Assembly: GCA_965203515.1 (NCBI GenBank)
Contig: OZ241907.1
Location: 3,712,001 to 3,776,000 of the forward strand
Source of the DNA: Spirochaetia bacterium
GTDB taxonomy: Bacteria > Spirochaetota > Spirochaetia > SZUA-6 > Bin103
Length of the DNA: 64,000 bases
Reading direction: 5' to 3'
Every line of letters begins with the position of its first letter. The stretch's first letter is position 1. Shown here in pieces: positions 30,393 to 45,333 of this stretch. The position numbers and the translations under genes were made by a program. The notes beneath the pieces are model-generated. The model saw nothing but the letters and a program-made list of their open reading frames with translations. It was not told the origin of the DNA and made no database searches.

Positions 30393-30770
30393 TCAAGGCG
30401 CCGCGTCGATGAGGCGCCGCTGATTCCCGCCGTCGGCGTCCATCAGGTAGAGCTCCACGGCGCCGTCGCGGTCCGAGCTGAACACGATGGTGGAGCCGTC
30501 CGGCGACCAGCTCGGAAAGAAGTCCTGCTTGTCGTTGTCGGTCAGCGCGCGCATGCCGGCGCCGTCGGCGCCCACCACGTAGATCTCCAGGTCACCGTCA
30601 TGGTTGGCGGCGAACAGTATCCGCGATCCGTCCGGAGAGAACGAAGCGTCGGTCGACGCCGGCTGCCGCTGGGCAGCGGCTTGCGAGGGAATGCGCGGAA
30701 AGCAGCCGGCCAGCAGCAGCGCCGCTCCCAACGCGATCAACGCAGTGCGCAAAATCGGCTTCGATCTCAT
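30393..30770 (-). CDS. Small lipoprotein with two PD40 (TolB-like) repeats
   Basis: Lipobox LLAGC; SFSPDGSRILF and PSWSPDGSTIVFSSDRDG repeats. Confidence 0.8.
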   Translation of the reverse strand: MRSKPILRTALIALGAALLLAGCFPRIPSQAAAQRQPASTDASFSPDGSRILFAANHDGDLEIYVVGADGAGMRALTDNDKQDFFPSWSPDGSTIVFSSDRDGAVELYLMDADGGNQRRLIDAAP

Positions 30771-30872
30771 GGCGACGCCGCAGACTACACCGCCGCCGGC
30801 CGGCCTGTCAGGACCGTGCCGGCGGGCGCCGGCGAATTGACGCCGCGGCCGGCGAAACCTACGCTCTTGCGC

Positions 30873-32129
30873 GTGCAGGGGCTCGCAGCGGCGGTCGAGC
30901 GGGCCGCGGCCGTCGCGGACGCCAGCCCGGTGCTGAGCCTGGGCGTGCTGCTGCTCTGCGGCTACTTCGCCGGCCGGCTGGCCGGACGGGTCGGCCTGCC
31001 GTCGATCACCGGCTACATCGTCGCCGGCCTGGCGTTGAGCGACTCGGTCCTCGGCCTCATCTCCCACCATGCGACCGAGCGGCTGCAGGCGGTGACGGAG
31101 GTGGCGTTGGCCTTCATCGCCATCACGATCGGCGGCGAGTTCCAACTCGCCAAGCTCCGCCGCTCCGGCGCCAAGATCCTGGTGATCACGGTGCTGGAGG
31201 CGTTTCTGGCGTTCGCGGTGGTCAGCGCCCTGCTCAGCCTTCTGGGCCTGGACTCCCGGTTCGCGCTGCTGCTCGGCGGCATCGCCGCGGCCACCGCGCC
31301 GGCGGCGACGGTCGTCATCGTGCGCGAGCTGAAGATGCGCGGCGAGTTCGTGGACTATCTGTACGGCGTGGTCGCCTTCGACGACGCCATCGCCGTGTTG
31401 CTGTTCAGCGTCATCCTGGCGATGGTGTCGCCGCTGTTCGGGCCGGCCGGCGCGCACGACGGCGGCGCCCTGCTCGCGGCCGCCGAGGCCGGGGCAGAGA
31501 TCGGTCTTTCGGTGCTGCTCGGCGTCGTGGGCGGCGCGGTCCTGCACGTGATCGGGCGGCGCTCGCCGTCCGACGGCGCGCGGCTGGTCGTCACCGTGGC
31601 CGTGGTGTTCATCGTGACCGCGGGCGCTCTGGCCCTGGAACTGTCGCCGCTGCTGGCCAACATGGCGTTCGGTGCGGCGCTGATCAACCTGAGCCCGGCC
31701 AACCGGCGCCTGTTCGCCGTGCTGGAACCGGTGACGCCGCCGGTCTTCGCCCTGTTCTTCATCCTGGCCGGCGCCGAGCTGCGGCTCGCGGTGTTCGCCG
31801 AGGTGACGGTCGTGATCTACGGCCTGGTCTACTTGGCCGCCCGTTTCGCCGGAAAGTTCACGGGGGCGTACCTCGGCGCGTGGGCGATGCGCGCGCCGGA
31901 CGGCGTGCGCCGCTTCCTGGGCTTCTGCCTGTTCCCCCAGGCGGGCGTGGCCATCGGTCTGGCGCTGTTCCTGCAAGGATCGAACATGGTGACCGCCGCC
32001 GCCGCGGACGTGCAGCGGCTGGTGACGCAGCTCGTCAACATCGTGCTGTTGAGCGTGTTCATCAATGAGCTGATCGGCCCGTCGATCTCTCGCTTCGGCT
32101 TGACCCGCGGCGTTGCGGCGCGACGATAG
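30873..32129 (+). CDS. Cation:proton antiporter
   Basis: About 12 hydrophobic segments; LPSITGYIVAG, AAATAPAAT, VAFDDA, PQAGVAIGLA. Confidence 0.88.
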   Translation: MQGLAAAVERAAAVADASPVLSLGVLLLCGYFAGRLAGRVGLPSITGYIVAGLALSDSVLGLISHHATERLQAVTEVALAFIAITIGGEFQLAKLRRSGAKILVITVLEAFLAFAVVSALLSLLGLDSRFALLLGGIAAATAPAATVVIVRELKMRGEFVDYLYGVVAFDDAIAVLLFSVILAMVSPLFGPAGAHDGGALLAAAEAGAEIGLSVLLGVVGGAVLHVIGRRSPSDGARLVVTVAVVFIVTAGALALELSPLLANMAFGAALINLSPANRRLFAVLEPVTPPVFALFFILAGAELRLAVFAEVTVVIYGLVYLAARFAGKFTGAYLGAWAMRAPDGVRRFLGFCLFPQAGVAIGLALFLQGSNMVTAAAADVQRLVTQLVNIVLLSVFINELIGPSISRFGLTRGVAARR

Positions 32130-32177
32130 GAGTCGGTCGGATTGGCGCGACCGGGCATATCCGACAGACTGCCGGAC

Positions 32178-33008
32178 ATGGTGGAGCTACGCGAGATCAT
32201 CGATGCGCGCGCCTGCACGGTGGCGCTCAGCGCGACCGACAAGGAGCAGTGCGTTCGGGAGCTGGCCGAGCTGGTGTGCGCGGGGCTGGAAGGGGTCACC
32301 GCGGACGCCCTGCAGCGGGCGCTGATGGAACGCGAGGAGGCGGGATCGACCGGATTCGAGGACGGGGTCGCCATCCCGCACGCCCGTCTGCCGCAGGCGT
32401 CGCAGTTCGTGTTCGGCATCGCCGTGTCCAGGCGCGGCATCGACTACGACAGCGTGGACGGCAAGCGGACGCGGCTGTTCTTCGTGCTGATCGGACCGGA
32501 TGAGGACCCGCAGCAGTACCTGCAATTGCTCGCGCAGATCTCCCGGACCGGCCTCAACCGCCGGCTGCACGAGGAGCTGCTGGCGGCGCCGACCCGCCAG
32601 CAGCTCGCCGACGCGTTCGCCGCGCACCTGCAGCCGGCCGCCGCGCGCGTTTCGGCGGGCAGTTCGCAGGTTGGCGACCGGCTGCTGTTCGTCGTGGTAT
32701 ACCAGCACCGCTACTTCGATGATATCGTCACGCTGTTCCTGGAGCGCGGCATCCGCGGCGCCGCGGTGTTCGACACCAAGGGCATCCGCGGCCATCTCAC
32801 CAGCGTGCCGATCTTCGGCGACTTCCTGAACTTTCTGGGCGAGAAGAGCGACGTGAGCAGGACCATCATGGCGGTCGTCCCGGCCGGCCACTTCGATCGG
32901 CTGATCGCCGGCATCGAGGAGATCACCGGCGACCTCGATTCCCACGCCGACGCGGCGATCCTGGCGATCGACCTTGCGTACAGCAAGGGATCGCTGGAGC
33001 ACGCCTGA
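32178..33008 (+). CDS. PTS EIIA (Ntr/Fru type) domain fused to a putative PII-like domain
   Basis: EREEAGSTGFEDGVAIPHAR (phospho-His motif); C-terminal ~110 aa has a PII-like pattern (GIRGAAVFDTKG...PIFG...RTIMAVV). The PII assignment is tentative. Confidence 0.75.
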   Translation: MVELREIIDARACTVALSATDKEQCVRELAELVCAGLEGVTADALQRALMEREEAGSTGFEDGVAIPHARLPQASQFVFGIAVSRRGIDYDSVDGKRTRLFFVLIGPDEDPQQYLQLLAQISRTGLNRRLHEELLAAPTRQQLADAFAAHLQPAAARVSAGSSQVGDRLLFVVVYQHRYFDDIVTLFLERGIRGAAVFDTKGIRGHLTSVPIFGDFLNFLGEKSDVSRTIMAVVPAGHFDRLIAGIEEITGDLDSHADAAILAIDLAYSKGSLEHA

Positions 33009-34433
33009 ATGGCCGTCCCGGTCCGCCCGCCGCTCGCGCAGCCAGGTGAGACGCGCACCATCGTCGCCTGGACCAAGGAGATCGGCGATCCGGTCAGCGC
33101 CGGCGAGCCGATTTGCGAGGTGGAGACCGACAAGGCGGCGATAGCGATCGAGTCGCAGGCCGACGGCGTGCTGGTGGCAAAGCTGTTCGACGTCGGGGCG
33201 GAGATACCGGAGGACGGACCGATCGCCCTGATCGGCAGCGCGGACGAGATCGGCGCCGCCGCCGAGCAGGCCGGCGCCGCGCCTGCCGCCGCGGAGCCGG
33301 GTGCCTCGGCCCCGCCGACGGCACCGGCGTCCACCGCCGTCCAGGGAGCCGCCGTCCAGGGAGCCGCCGTCCAGGGAGCCGCCGTCCAGGGAGCCGCCGT
33401 CCAGGGAGCCGCCGTCCAGGGAGCCGCCGTCCAGGGAGCCGCCGCCCAGGGAGCCGCCGCGCAGCGAGCCGCCGCGCCTGCCGCTGCCGTCCCGGCGCCG
33501 GCCGGCCGGCGCCGGGACGCGGTCTCTCCCCGCGCGCGCAAGCGGGCCGCGGAGCGGTCGGTGCCGCTGGCCGGCCTGACCGGCACCGGGCCGGGCGGCC
33601 GCGTGATCGAACGCGACGTGCTCGCCGCCGCGGCGGCACCGTCGCCGGCGACGGCACGCGCCCCCGCGGCCGAGCCCGCCGCGGCCGGCCAAGCGGTTGC
33701 CGGTCAGGCGGCTGCCGGTCTGGCTGCCGGTCTGGCTGCCGATCAGGTGATTCCGGTGCGTGGCGCGCGCCGGCTGGTCGCCGAGCGGATGCACGCGTCG
33801 CTGCGCGACACGGCGCAGCTCACCATGACCGCCTACGCGGACGCGACCCGGCTCCTGCAGCTCCGCGCCGCCTTCAAGAGCGCCGATCCGCAGTTCGAGA
33901 TGTCCGGCGTCACGCTCAACGACCTGCTCCTGTTCGCCGCGGCCCGCACCCTGACCGAGTACCCGGAGATCAACGCGACCGGCCGCGACGGCGAACGCGG
34001 CCTGGAGATCGTGCGCTCGGCCGCCGTGCACCTGGCGTTCGCGGTCGACACGCCGCGCGTACTGATGGTGCCGGTGATTCGCGACGCCGCCGGCCTGCGC
34101 GTCCGCGAGCTGTCGGAGCGCGCCGCCGACTTGGCCGAACGGTGCCGCGACGGATCGATCACGCCGGCGGAGCTTGCCGGCGGCACCTTCACGGTGAGCA
34201 ACCTGGGCAGCTTCGGCGTGGAGTCGTTCACGCCGATTCTGAACCCGCCGCAGGCGGCTATCCTGGGCGTCGGCGCGGTGGCGTGGCGGCCCACCGGCGA
34301 GCAGTCGGTCCGGCAGCAGATCGCGCTGTCGCTGACCATCGACCACCGCCTGATCGACGGCGCTCCGGCCGCCCGGTTCCTGCAGACGCTCTGCGCGAGA
34401 ATCGCCGAGCTGGACGTGCTGCTGGCCCTGTGA
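33009..34433 (+). CDS. 2-oxoacid dehydrogenase E2 (dihydrolipoamide acyltransferase)
   Basis: Lipoyl motif EVETDKA, E3-binding SPRARK..GTGPGGRVIERDV, catalytic DHRLIDGA. Confidence 0.93.
   Translation: MAVPVRPPLAQPGETRTIVAWTKEIGDPVSAGEPICEVETDKAAIAIESQADGVLVAKLFDVGAEIPEDGPIALIGSADEIGAAAEQAGAAPAAAEPGASAPPTAPASTAVQGAAVQGAAVQGAAVQGAAVQGAAVQGAAVQGAAAQGAAAQRAAAPAAAVPAPAGRRRDAVSPRARKRAAERSVPLAGLTGTGPGGRVIERDVLAAAAAPSPATARAPAAEPAAAGQAVAGQAAAGLAAGLAADQVIPVRGARRLVAERMHASLRDTAQLTMTAYADATRLLQLRAAFKSADPQFEMSGVTLNDLLLFAAARTLTEYPEINATGRDGERGLEIVRSAAVHLAFAVDTPRVLMVPVIRDAAGLRVRELSERAADLAERCRDGSITPAELAGGTFTVSNLGSFGVESFTPILNPPQAAILGVGAVAWRPTGEQSVRQQIALSLTIDHRLIDGAPAARFLQTLCARIAELDVLLAL
33336..33470 (+). repeat. 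In-frame 15-bp tandem repeat (GCCGTCCAGGGAGCC) in the E2 linker
   Basis: Seven perfect copies (33336-33440) plus two degenerate copies; encodes (AVQGA)n. Confidence 0.95.
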
Positions 34434-35383
34434 GCGCCGGCCGCGTGCACCCCGGCCGAGCGTATCCCGGCCGCGCAACGCTCGATCTGATCGGCAACAC
34501 GCCGCTGGCGCCGGTCCGCCACGGCATTCCGGGCGTGGAGGTGTACGCCAAGCTCGAGTACTTCAACCCGACCGGGTCGGTGAAGGACCGCGCGGTCAAG
34601 GGGATGATCGAACAGGCGCTGGCCGCCGACCTGCTGGCCGGCCGCACCCTGATCGAGGCGACCAGCGGCAACACCGGCATCGCGCTGGCCGCCGTCGGCG
34701 CCGCGCTGCGGCTCCCAGTCCACATCACCATGCCGGCCAACGCGTCCCCGGAGCGCAAGCGGCTGCTGGCGACGCTGGGCGCCGCGGTCACCTACACCGA
34801 CCCGCTGGAAGGGACCGACGGCGCGCAGCTGGAGGCGCGGCGGCTGGTGGCGGCGGCCCCGGAGCGGTACTACTACCCCGATCAGTACGCCAACCCCGCC
34901 AACTGGCAGGCGCACTACCACGGCACCGGGCCGGAGATCTGGGAGCAGAGCCGCCGGCGCGTCACCCACTTCGTGGCCGGCCTGGGCACCGCCGGCACCT
35001 TCGTGGGCGCCTCGCGCTTCCTGCTCGGCAAGGGGGTGCGCTGCATCGCCGTGCAGCCGGATACGCCGCTGCACGGCCTGGAAGGCTGGAAGCACATCCC
35101 GACCGTCGCGCAGGTGCCGGCGATCTACGACGCCGAGCTGTGCGCGGACCCGATCGAGGTCGCCACGCCGGAGGCGTACCGCTATGCGGTGGCGGCCGGC
35201 CGCTACCTGGGCTTTCCGCTCAGCCCGTCGTCGGCCGCCAACCTGGCGGCCGCGCTGCGCACGGCGCGCGAGGCGGGTCCGGGGGCGGTGGTGGTGACGG
35301 TCTTCCCCGACAACTCGCTCAAGTACCTGGCCGACGACTTCTGGAACCGACATGACGACGGTCTCGCAGACCCTTTCGCGTGA
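34430..35383 (+). CDS. PLP-dependent cysteine synthase (CysM-like)
   Basis: IGNTPL, KLEYFNPTGSVKDR, ATSGNTG, GLGTAGT; GTGA overlap with the E2 gene. Confidence 0.92.
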   Translation: MSAGRVHPGRAYPGRATLDLIGNTPLAPVRHGIPGVEVYAKLEYFNPTGSVKDRAVKGMIEQALAADLLAGRTLIEATSGNTGIALAAVGAALRLPVHITMPANASPERKRLLATLGAAVTYTDPLEGTDGAQLEARRLVAAAPERYYYPDQYANPANWQAHYHGTGPEIWEQSRRRVTHFVAGLGTAGTFVGASRFLLGKGVRCIAVQPDTPLHGLEGWKHIPTVAQVPAIYDAELCADPIEVATPEAYRYAVAAGRYLGFPLSPSSAANLAAALRTAREAGPGAVVVTVFPDNSLKYLADDFWNRHDDGLADPFA

Positions 35384-35780
35384 GATGGCGCGCGCCGCCG
35401 AGCGCGCCTATCCGTACGAGTGCGTGGGCGCGTTGTTCGGCGCCCGCCCGCCGGCCGGACCGGTCATCACCCAGATCAGGCCGCTGGACAACGACTCGGA
35501 CCAGGACCGCCGGCGCCGCTTTCACGTGGCCGACCGCGACTACCTGGCGTGCGAGCGGCATGCCCGCGCCGCCGGCGTGGAGCTGCTCGGCTTCTACCAT
35601 TCGCATCCCGACCATCCGGCCGAGCCGAGCGCCACCGATCTCCATTATGCGCAGCCGCTGTTCTTGTATATCATCATCTCGATACGGAGGGCGGAATATC
35701 GCGGGCAGATGGGCTGCTTTGCGCTGAACGGCGACGGCAGCGCGTTTCGCCGCGAGCCGATGCGCGTCCTCGAGGACTGA
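35352..35780 (+). CDS. JAB/MPN (M67) metallopeptidase, Mec-like
   Basis: YPYECVG and JAMM motif FYHSHPDHPAEPSATD. Confidence 0.92.
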   Translation: MTTVSQTLSREMARAAERAYPYECVGALFGARPPAGPVITQIRPLDNDSDQDRRRRFHVADRDYLACERHARAAGVELLGFYHSHPDHPAEPSATDLHYAQPLFLYIIISIRRAEYRGQMGCFALNGDGSAFRREPMRVLED

Positions 35781-35783
35781 TCC

Positions 35784-37202
35784 ATGCCGATAACCGTCAA
35801 CATTCCGACGCCGTTGCGCCCGTTCCTGGACGGGCAGTCGGCCGTCACCGTCGACGCCGCCCGCGACGTGGCCGATCTGCTCGGCCAGCTCACCGCCCGC
35901 AGCGCCGATCTCAAGAAGCACCTGCTGACCCCCCAGGGCACGGTGCCGGGCTACGTGAACGTCTACGTGAACGACGACAGCATCCGCGACCGGGAAGGGG
36001 AAGCGACGCCGGTCGCCGACGGGGACGAGATCTCCATCGTGCCGTCGATCGCGGGCGGCGCCGGCCCGCTGACCCCGGACGAGCTGGCGCGCTACAGCCG
36101 CCACGTCATCATGCCGGAGGTGGGCCAGGAGGGGCAACAGCGCCTCAAGGACGGCTCGGCGTTGCTGATCGGCGCCGGCGGCCTCGGCTCGCCGCTGGCG
36201 CTCTACCTGACCGCCGCCGGCGTGGGCCGCATCGGCATCGTCGAGTTCGACGTCGTCGACCGCACCAACCTGCAGCGGCAGATACTGTACGGCGAATCGG
36301 CCGTGGGGCAGCCCAAGCTCGACGCCGCCGCCGAGCGCCTGCATGACCTCAATCCGCACGTGCGCGTCGAACGGATCCCGCAGCAGCTCTCCTCGCAGAA
36401 CGCGCTCGCCATCTTCCGCGACTACGACGTGGTCGCCGACGGCACCGACAACTTCCCGACCCGCTACCTGGTCAACGACGCCTGCGTGCTGACCGGCAAG
36501 CCCAACGTCTACGGATCGATCTTTCGCTTCGAGGGTCAGGTGTCGGTCTTCAACCACGACGGCGGCCCGTGCTATCGCTGCCTGTACGCGGAGCCGCCGC
36601 CGCCGGGGCTGGTCCCGTCGTGCGCGGAAGGCGGCGTGTTCGGCGTGCTGCCCGGCATCGTCGGCGCCATGCAGGCGAACGAGGTTATCAAGCTGCTGCT
36701 TGGCGTCGGCGACGCGGCCAGCGGCCGTTACCTGCTGTTCGACGCGCTGAAGCTGTCGTTCCGGGAGCTGCGCCTGCGCCGCAATCCGGCCTGCCCGGTC
36801 TGCGGCGACGCGCCCACGGTCACCGAGCTGATCGACTACGAGCAGTTCTGCGGCATTCCGTCGGGCGGTGCCGCGGAGGACGGCGTACCGGAGATCGACG
36901 TGCAGGAGCTGGCGCGCCGCCTGGAGAACGGATCGCAGACGGTCCTGATCGACGTCCGGGAGCCGTTCGAGCATGAGATCAACCGCATCGAACAGGCGCG
37001 GCTCATTCCGCTCGGCGAACTGCCCGACCGGCTCGCCGGGCTGTCGCCGGCCGATTCCTACGTCATCCACTGCAAGATGGGCGGCCGCAGCGCCAAGGCG
37101 GTCGAGCTGATGCGCTCGCGCGGGTTCGCCGACGTGGTCAATCTGGCCGGCGGCATCGACGCCTGGGTCGAGGAGATCGATCCCGACCAGCCCAGCTACT
37201 GA
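35784..37202 (+). CDS. moeB: MoaD/ThiS-like sulfur carrier fused to MoeB/MoeZ adenylyltransferase-rhodanese
   Basis: N-terminal Ubl ending VPSIAGG, then RYSRH, GAGGLGS, CYRC..CPVC and rhodanese CKMGGRS. Confidence 0.9.
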   Translation: MPITVNIPTPLRPFLDGQSAVTVDAARDVADLLGQLTARSADLKKHLLTPQGTVPGYVNVYVNDDSIRDREGEATPVADGDEISIVPSIAGGAGPLTPDELARYSRHVIMPEVGQEGQQRLKDGSALLIGAGGLGSPLALYLTAAGVGRIGIVEFDVVDRTNLQRQILYGESAVGQPKLDAAAERLHDLNPHVRVERIPQQLSSQNALAIFRDYDVVADGTDNFPTRYLVNDACVLTGKPNVYGSIFRFEGQVSVFNHDGGPCYRCLYAEPPPPGLVPSCAEGGVFGVLPGIVGAMQANEVIKLLLGVGDAASGRYLLFDALKLSFRELRLRRNPACPVCGDAPTVTELIDYEQFCGIPSGGAAEDGVPEIDVQELARRLENGSQTVLIDVREPFEHEINRIEQARLIPLGELPDRLAGLSPADSYVIHCKMGGRSAKAVELMRSRGFADVVNLAGGIDAWVEEIDPDQPSY

Positions 37203-37228
37203 CGGGACGGCGCAAAGGAGCGTTTTCG

Positions 37229-38637
<1,409 letters not shown>

Positions 38638-38638
<1 letters not shown>

Positions 38639-39264
38639 TGGCGACCGACGCGCGCATCGCCGCCGTCAGCGGCACCGGCCTGCCGGTGCGCGGCGACGAC
38701 ATCGACACCGACCGCATCATCCCGGCGCGGTACCTGAAGGCGGTCACCTTCGAAGGACTGGGCGAGCACGCCTTTCAGGACGAGCGGGTCGCCGCCGACG
38801 GCTCGCGCACCGGCCATCCGCTCGACGATCCGCGCTACGCGGGGGCGAACGTCCTGTTCGTGAACCGCAACTTCGGCTGCGGGTCGTCGCGGGAGCACGC
38901 GCCGCAGGCGCTGTACCGCTACGGCATCCGCGCCATCGTCGGCGGCTCGTTCGCGGAGATCTTCGCCGGCAACTGCCTGATGATCGGCCTGCCGGCGGTC
39001 ACCTCCGAACGGGTCGGCGAGTGGCAGGACCGCCTGCAGGCGGCGCCCGACACGCCGGTGCGGGTCGACCTGGAGGCCAGGGCGATCACGCTGGGCGGCG
39101 AGGAGTATCCGCTGGAGATGCCGGAGGCGGCGCGCCGGTCGCTGGTCTCCGGCACCTGGGACGCGACCGCGGCGCTGCTCGCCGGCGACGAACGGATCGG
39201 CGCGACCGCCGCGCGCATCCCCTATCTCGGGTGGCGGACGCACGCGGCCGGGGGGAGCGCATGA
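38638..39264 (+). CDS. leuD: 3-isopropylmalate dehydratase small subunit
   Basis: DIDTDRIIPARYL, NFGCGSSREHAPQAL; TGATG coupling with leuC. Confidence 0.96.
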
Positions 39265-40940
39265 GCGATCTGAACGTCCGCAGCCGGGCGATGACCGCCG
39301 GCGTGGAGCGCACGCCCAACCGGGCGATGCTGCGCGCGGTCGGCTTTACCGACCAGGACTTCGACAAACCGATCGTGGGCATCGCCAGCGCCGGCAGCGA
39401 CGTGACGCCGTGCAACGTGCACCTGGACGACTTGGCCGACCGGGCGCGCGGCGGGGTGCGCGCCGGCGGCGGCGTGCCGGTGCGCTACAACACCTTCGTG
39501 GTCACCGACGGCGAGGCGATGGGCCACGAAGGGATGAAGTGCTCCCTGGTGAGCCGCGAGACGATCGCCGACACGATCGAGCTGGTCACCCGCGGTCACC
39601 AGCTCGACGCGATCCTGGGCGTGGCCGGCTGCGACAAGACGATCCCCGGCACGGTGATGCCGATGGCCCGCCTGGACGTGCCGAGCATCTTCGTCTACGG
39701 CGGCACCATCCTGCCGGGCAACTATCGCGGTCGTGACGTGGACATCATCTCGGCGTTCGAGTCGGTGGGCGCCTTCAGCGCCGGCCGCATCGACGAGGAG
39801 GAACGGCACGGCATCGAGTGCACGGCATGCCCCGGCCCCGGCGCCTGCGGCGGCATGTACACCGCCAACACGATGGCGTCGGCGATGGAGGCGATCGGCA
39901 TGACGCTGCCGGGCAACGCCTCGATCCCGGCGGTCGACGATCGCAAGGCGGCGGAGATGGAGCGCGCGGGCAGGGCGCTGATGGACGCGGTGCGCGCCGG
40001 GCGCACGCCGCGGCGGATCATGACCCACGAGGCGTTCGAGAACGCGATGCGCGTGGTGATGGCGCTCGGCGGGTCGACCAACGCCGTGCTGCACCTGCTG
40101 GCGCTGGCGCACGAGGCGGAGGTGCCGCTGTCGATCGACGAGTTCAACGGCATCTCGGACACCACGCCGACGATCGCCGATCTCAAGCCGGCCGGCCGCT
40201 ACGTGATGCGCGACCTGGACCGGGTGGGCGGCGTGCAGGCGGTGATGAAGCTGCTGCTCGACGCCGGGCTGCTGCACGGCGACTGTCTGACCGTGAACGG
40301 GCGCACGGTCGCGGAGAACCTGGCCGGCGTGCGGGTCGAGCTGGACGGACAGGACGTCATCCATCCGCTGTCGGCGCCGGTCAAGCCGACCGGACCGATC
40401 AGCGTGATCAAGGGCAACCTGGCCCCGGAGGGAGCGGTGCTGAAGAGCTCGGGCGTGACCGTGCGCCGCCATACCGGGCCGGCGCGGGTCTTCGACGAGG
40501 AGGAGAGCGCCCTGCGCGCGATCCTGGACGGATCGATCGTCGCCGGCGACACGGTCGTGATCCGCTACGAAGGGCCGCGCGGCGGACCGGGCATGCGCGA
40601 GATGCTGGCCCCCACCTCCGCGATCGCCGGCGCCGGGCTGATCGCCGACGTGGCGCTGATCACCGACGGCCGCTTCTCCGGCGGCAGTCACGGCATCGTG
40701 GTGGGCCACGTCGCCCCGGAGGCGCAGGCCGGCGGGCCGATCGCCGCGGTGCGGGAGGGCGACGCGATCACCATCGACCTGGAAGCCAAGACGATCGACG
40801 TCGATCTCCCGCAGCCGGAGATCGAGGCGCGGCTGCGGGAGAGCCGGCCGGCCGAGCGGCCGATCCCCTATCGGCGCGGCGTGCTGGCCAAGTACGCGCG
40901 GCTGGTCTCATCCGCCAGTCTGGGCGCGATCACGCACTGA
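39261..40940 (+). CDS. ilvD: Dihydroxy-acid dehydratase
   Basis: [51 protein letters not shown]. Confidence 0.97.
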   Translation: MSDLNVRSRAMTAGVERTPNRAMLRAVGFTDQDFDKPIVGIASAGSDVTPCNVHLDDLADRARGGVRAGGGVPVRYNTFVVTDGEAMGHEGMKCSLVSRETIADTIELVTRGHQLDAILGVAGCDKTIPGTVMPMARLDVPSIFVYGGTILPGNYRGRDVDIISAFESVGAFSAGRIDEEERHGIECTACPGPGACGGMYTANTMASAMEAIGMTLPGNASIPAVDDRKAAEMERAGRALMDAVRAGRTPRRIMTHEAFENAMRVVMALGGSTNAVLHLLALAHEAEVPLSIDEFNGISDTTPTIADLKPAGRYVMRDLDRVGGVQAVMKLLLDAGLLHGDCLTVNGRTVAENLAGVRVELDGQDVIHPLSAPVKPTGPISVIKGNLAPEGAVLKSSGVTVRRHTGPARVFDEEESALRAILDGSIVAGDTVVIRYEGPRGGPGMREMLAPTSAIAGAGLIADVALITDGRFSGGSHGIVVGHVAPEAQAGGPIAAVREGDAITIDLEAKTIDVDLPQPEIEARLRESRPAERPIPYRRGVLAKYARLVSSASLGAITH

Positions 40941-40955
40941 GAGGGGTTCGGAACC

Positions 40956-41765
40956 ATGGCGCTCAAGGTACACGTGACCGGAGTCAGCGGCCTGATCGGG
41001 GACGTGGTGTACGCGCATCTGGCTGCGCAGCCGGATCGGTACACCGTGACCGGGAGCGGCCGGCGCTACGATCCGTCGGCGCGGGTGGCGCTCGGGCGGC
41101 CGCTCAGTTGCCCGCCGGAACGATTCACGCGCGCCGACCTTGCCGATCCGGATGCGGTGGAGCGGGCGTTCGAGGGGGCGGAGGTGGTGGTCCACATGGG
41201 CGCGATTCCCGACCCGTCGGCGCCGTTCGACGTCATCGTCTCCAGCAACGTGATCGGCGGCTACCACGCGCTGGAGGCGTGCCGCCGCCAGGGAGTGCGC
41301 CGCATCGTCTATGCCAGCACGGTCATGACCGACTGGGGCTATCGGTTCGACGAGCCGTACAAGGCGATTTCCGAAGGCCGCTTCGACGAGGTGCCGGACG
41401 ACTTCCGCCGCGTCACGCATCTGGACCCGCCGCGACCGACCGAGCCCTATTCGGCCAGCAAGGTGTGGGGCGAAGGGCTGTGCCGCGCCTACGCCGACGG
41501 TCACGGCCTCTCCTGCCTGTGCCTGCGCATCGGCGGCGTGAACCATGAGGATGCGCCGGCGAGCGCGGCCGGCGGGGCGCTGTGGTGCAGCCAGCGGGAC
41601 GTGGCCACCGTCACCGAGCTGGCGGTCAACGCGCCTGAGGACCTGCGCTTCGACATCTTCTACGCCGTGTCGGACAACCGCTACCGGTGGCTGGACGCCG
41701 AGCACACCCGCGACGTGCTCGGCTTCGAGCCGGCCGATCGTGCGGAGGATGCCGTCGCTCGATAA
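40956..41765 (+). CDS. NAD-dependent epimerase/dehydratase (extended SDR, uronate dehydrogenase-like)
   Basis: VTGVSGLIG, YSASKVWGE (YxxxK), CLRIG, VSDN. Confidence 0.85.
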   Translation: MALKVHVTGVSGLIGDVVYAHLAAQPDRYTVTGSGRRYDPSARVALGRPLSCPPERFTRADLADPDAVERAFEGAEVVVHMGAIPDPSAPFDVIVSSNVIGGYHALEACRRQGVRRIVYASTVMTDWGYRFDEPYKAISEGRFDEVPDDFRRVTHLDPPRPTEPYSASKVWGEGLCRAYADGHGLSCLCLRIGGVNHEDAPASAAGGALWCSQRDVATVTELAVNAPEDLRFDIFYAVSDNRYRWLDAEHTRDVLGFEPADRAEDAVAR

Positions 41766-41886
41766 GGCCTGAGCGGCGGCGCCGCACTTGTCCGCGCCGG
41801 CCGGTCGGGTTACACTCCGATCCCGGCAATCGATACCGTCGAGAGAAGAGCCGGGCGACAGGGAGCGATCTCGGGGAGGGTCGATC

Positions 41887-42237
41887 ATGCTCAAGAAAGT
41901 GGAAACCCGTGTAGAGAAGGTCGTCTCCGGGGCGACCGCGGCCGTGTCCGGGGCGCGGGACGCCGTCAGCGGCGCCCTGGATTCGCGCGCGCACAGCGTG
42001 AACGTGCGCCTGGACGCTGACAGCCTCCGGTGCGTGGATGAGATGGTGCGGGCGGAGGTCGTCCCCGACCGCGCCGCGGCGGTGACGTACCTCGTCAAGG
42101 AAGGCCTCAGGGCCAGCGCCGACCTGCTCGACAAGATTCAGGCCGGCTTCGACCGGATCGAGAGCATCAAGCGCGAGCTGCGCGGCCTCGGCAACAACGC
42201 CTCGATCAGCCCACCCGCCGAGTCCGAATCCGAATAG
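41887..42237 (+). CDS. Hypothetical protein, possible ribbon-helix-helix domain
   Basis: SD GGAGG; SVNVRLDADSLRCVDEMV...DRAAAVTYLVKEGL resembles a strand-helix-helix pattern. Confidence 0.6.
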   Translation: MLKKVETRVEKVVSGATAAVSGARDAVSGALDSRAHSVNVRLDADSLRCVDEMVRAEVVPDRAAAVTYLVKEGLRASADLLDKIQAGFDRIESIKRELRGLGNNASISPPAESESE

Positions 42238-42417
42238 CGGCCGGCCCGAGAACGAACGGCCATGACCGCCGCCGTGATGAAGGTGGCGGCGCTGCTCGCC
42301 TGCGAAGCTGCCGCGTCCAGCGTCGCTGCCGGGACCAGCCCCCGCGACGCCCGCTAAGCTAAGCTAAGAGGAACCGAGGCCGACACCCGGGACCACCTCA
42401 GTTTCTCACATTATCCC

Positions 42418-45333
<2,916 letters not shown>

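Noticed and set aside
33336..33470. Possible CRISPR array
   Set aside because: Head-to-tail tandem repeat with no spacers, in frame within E2; no cas genes seen in the window.
42353..42368. (GCTAA)3 microrepeat at the left edge of the defence island
   Set aside because: Too short, with no matching copy seen at another boundary; it cannot be called an att site or phase-variable tract.
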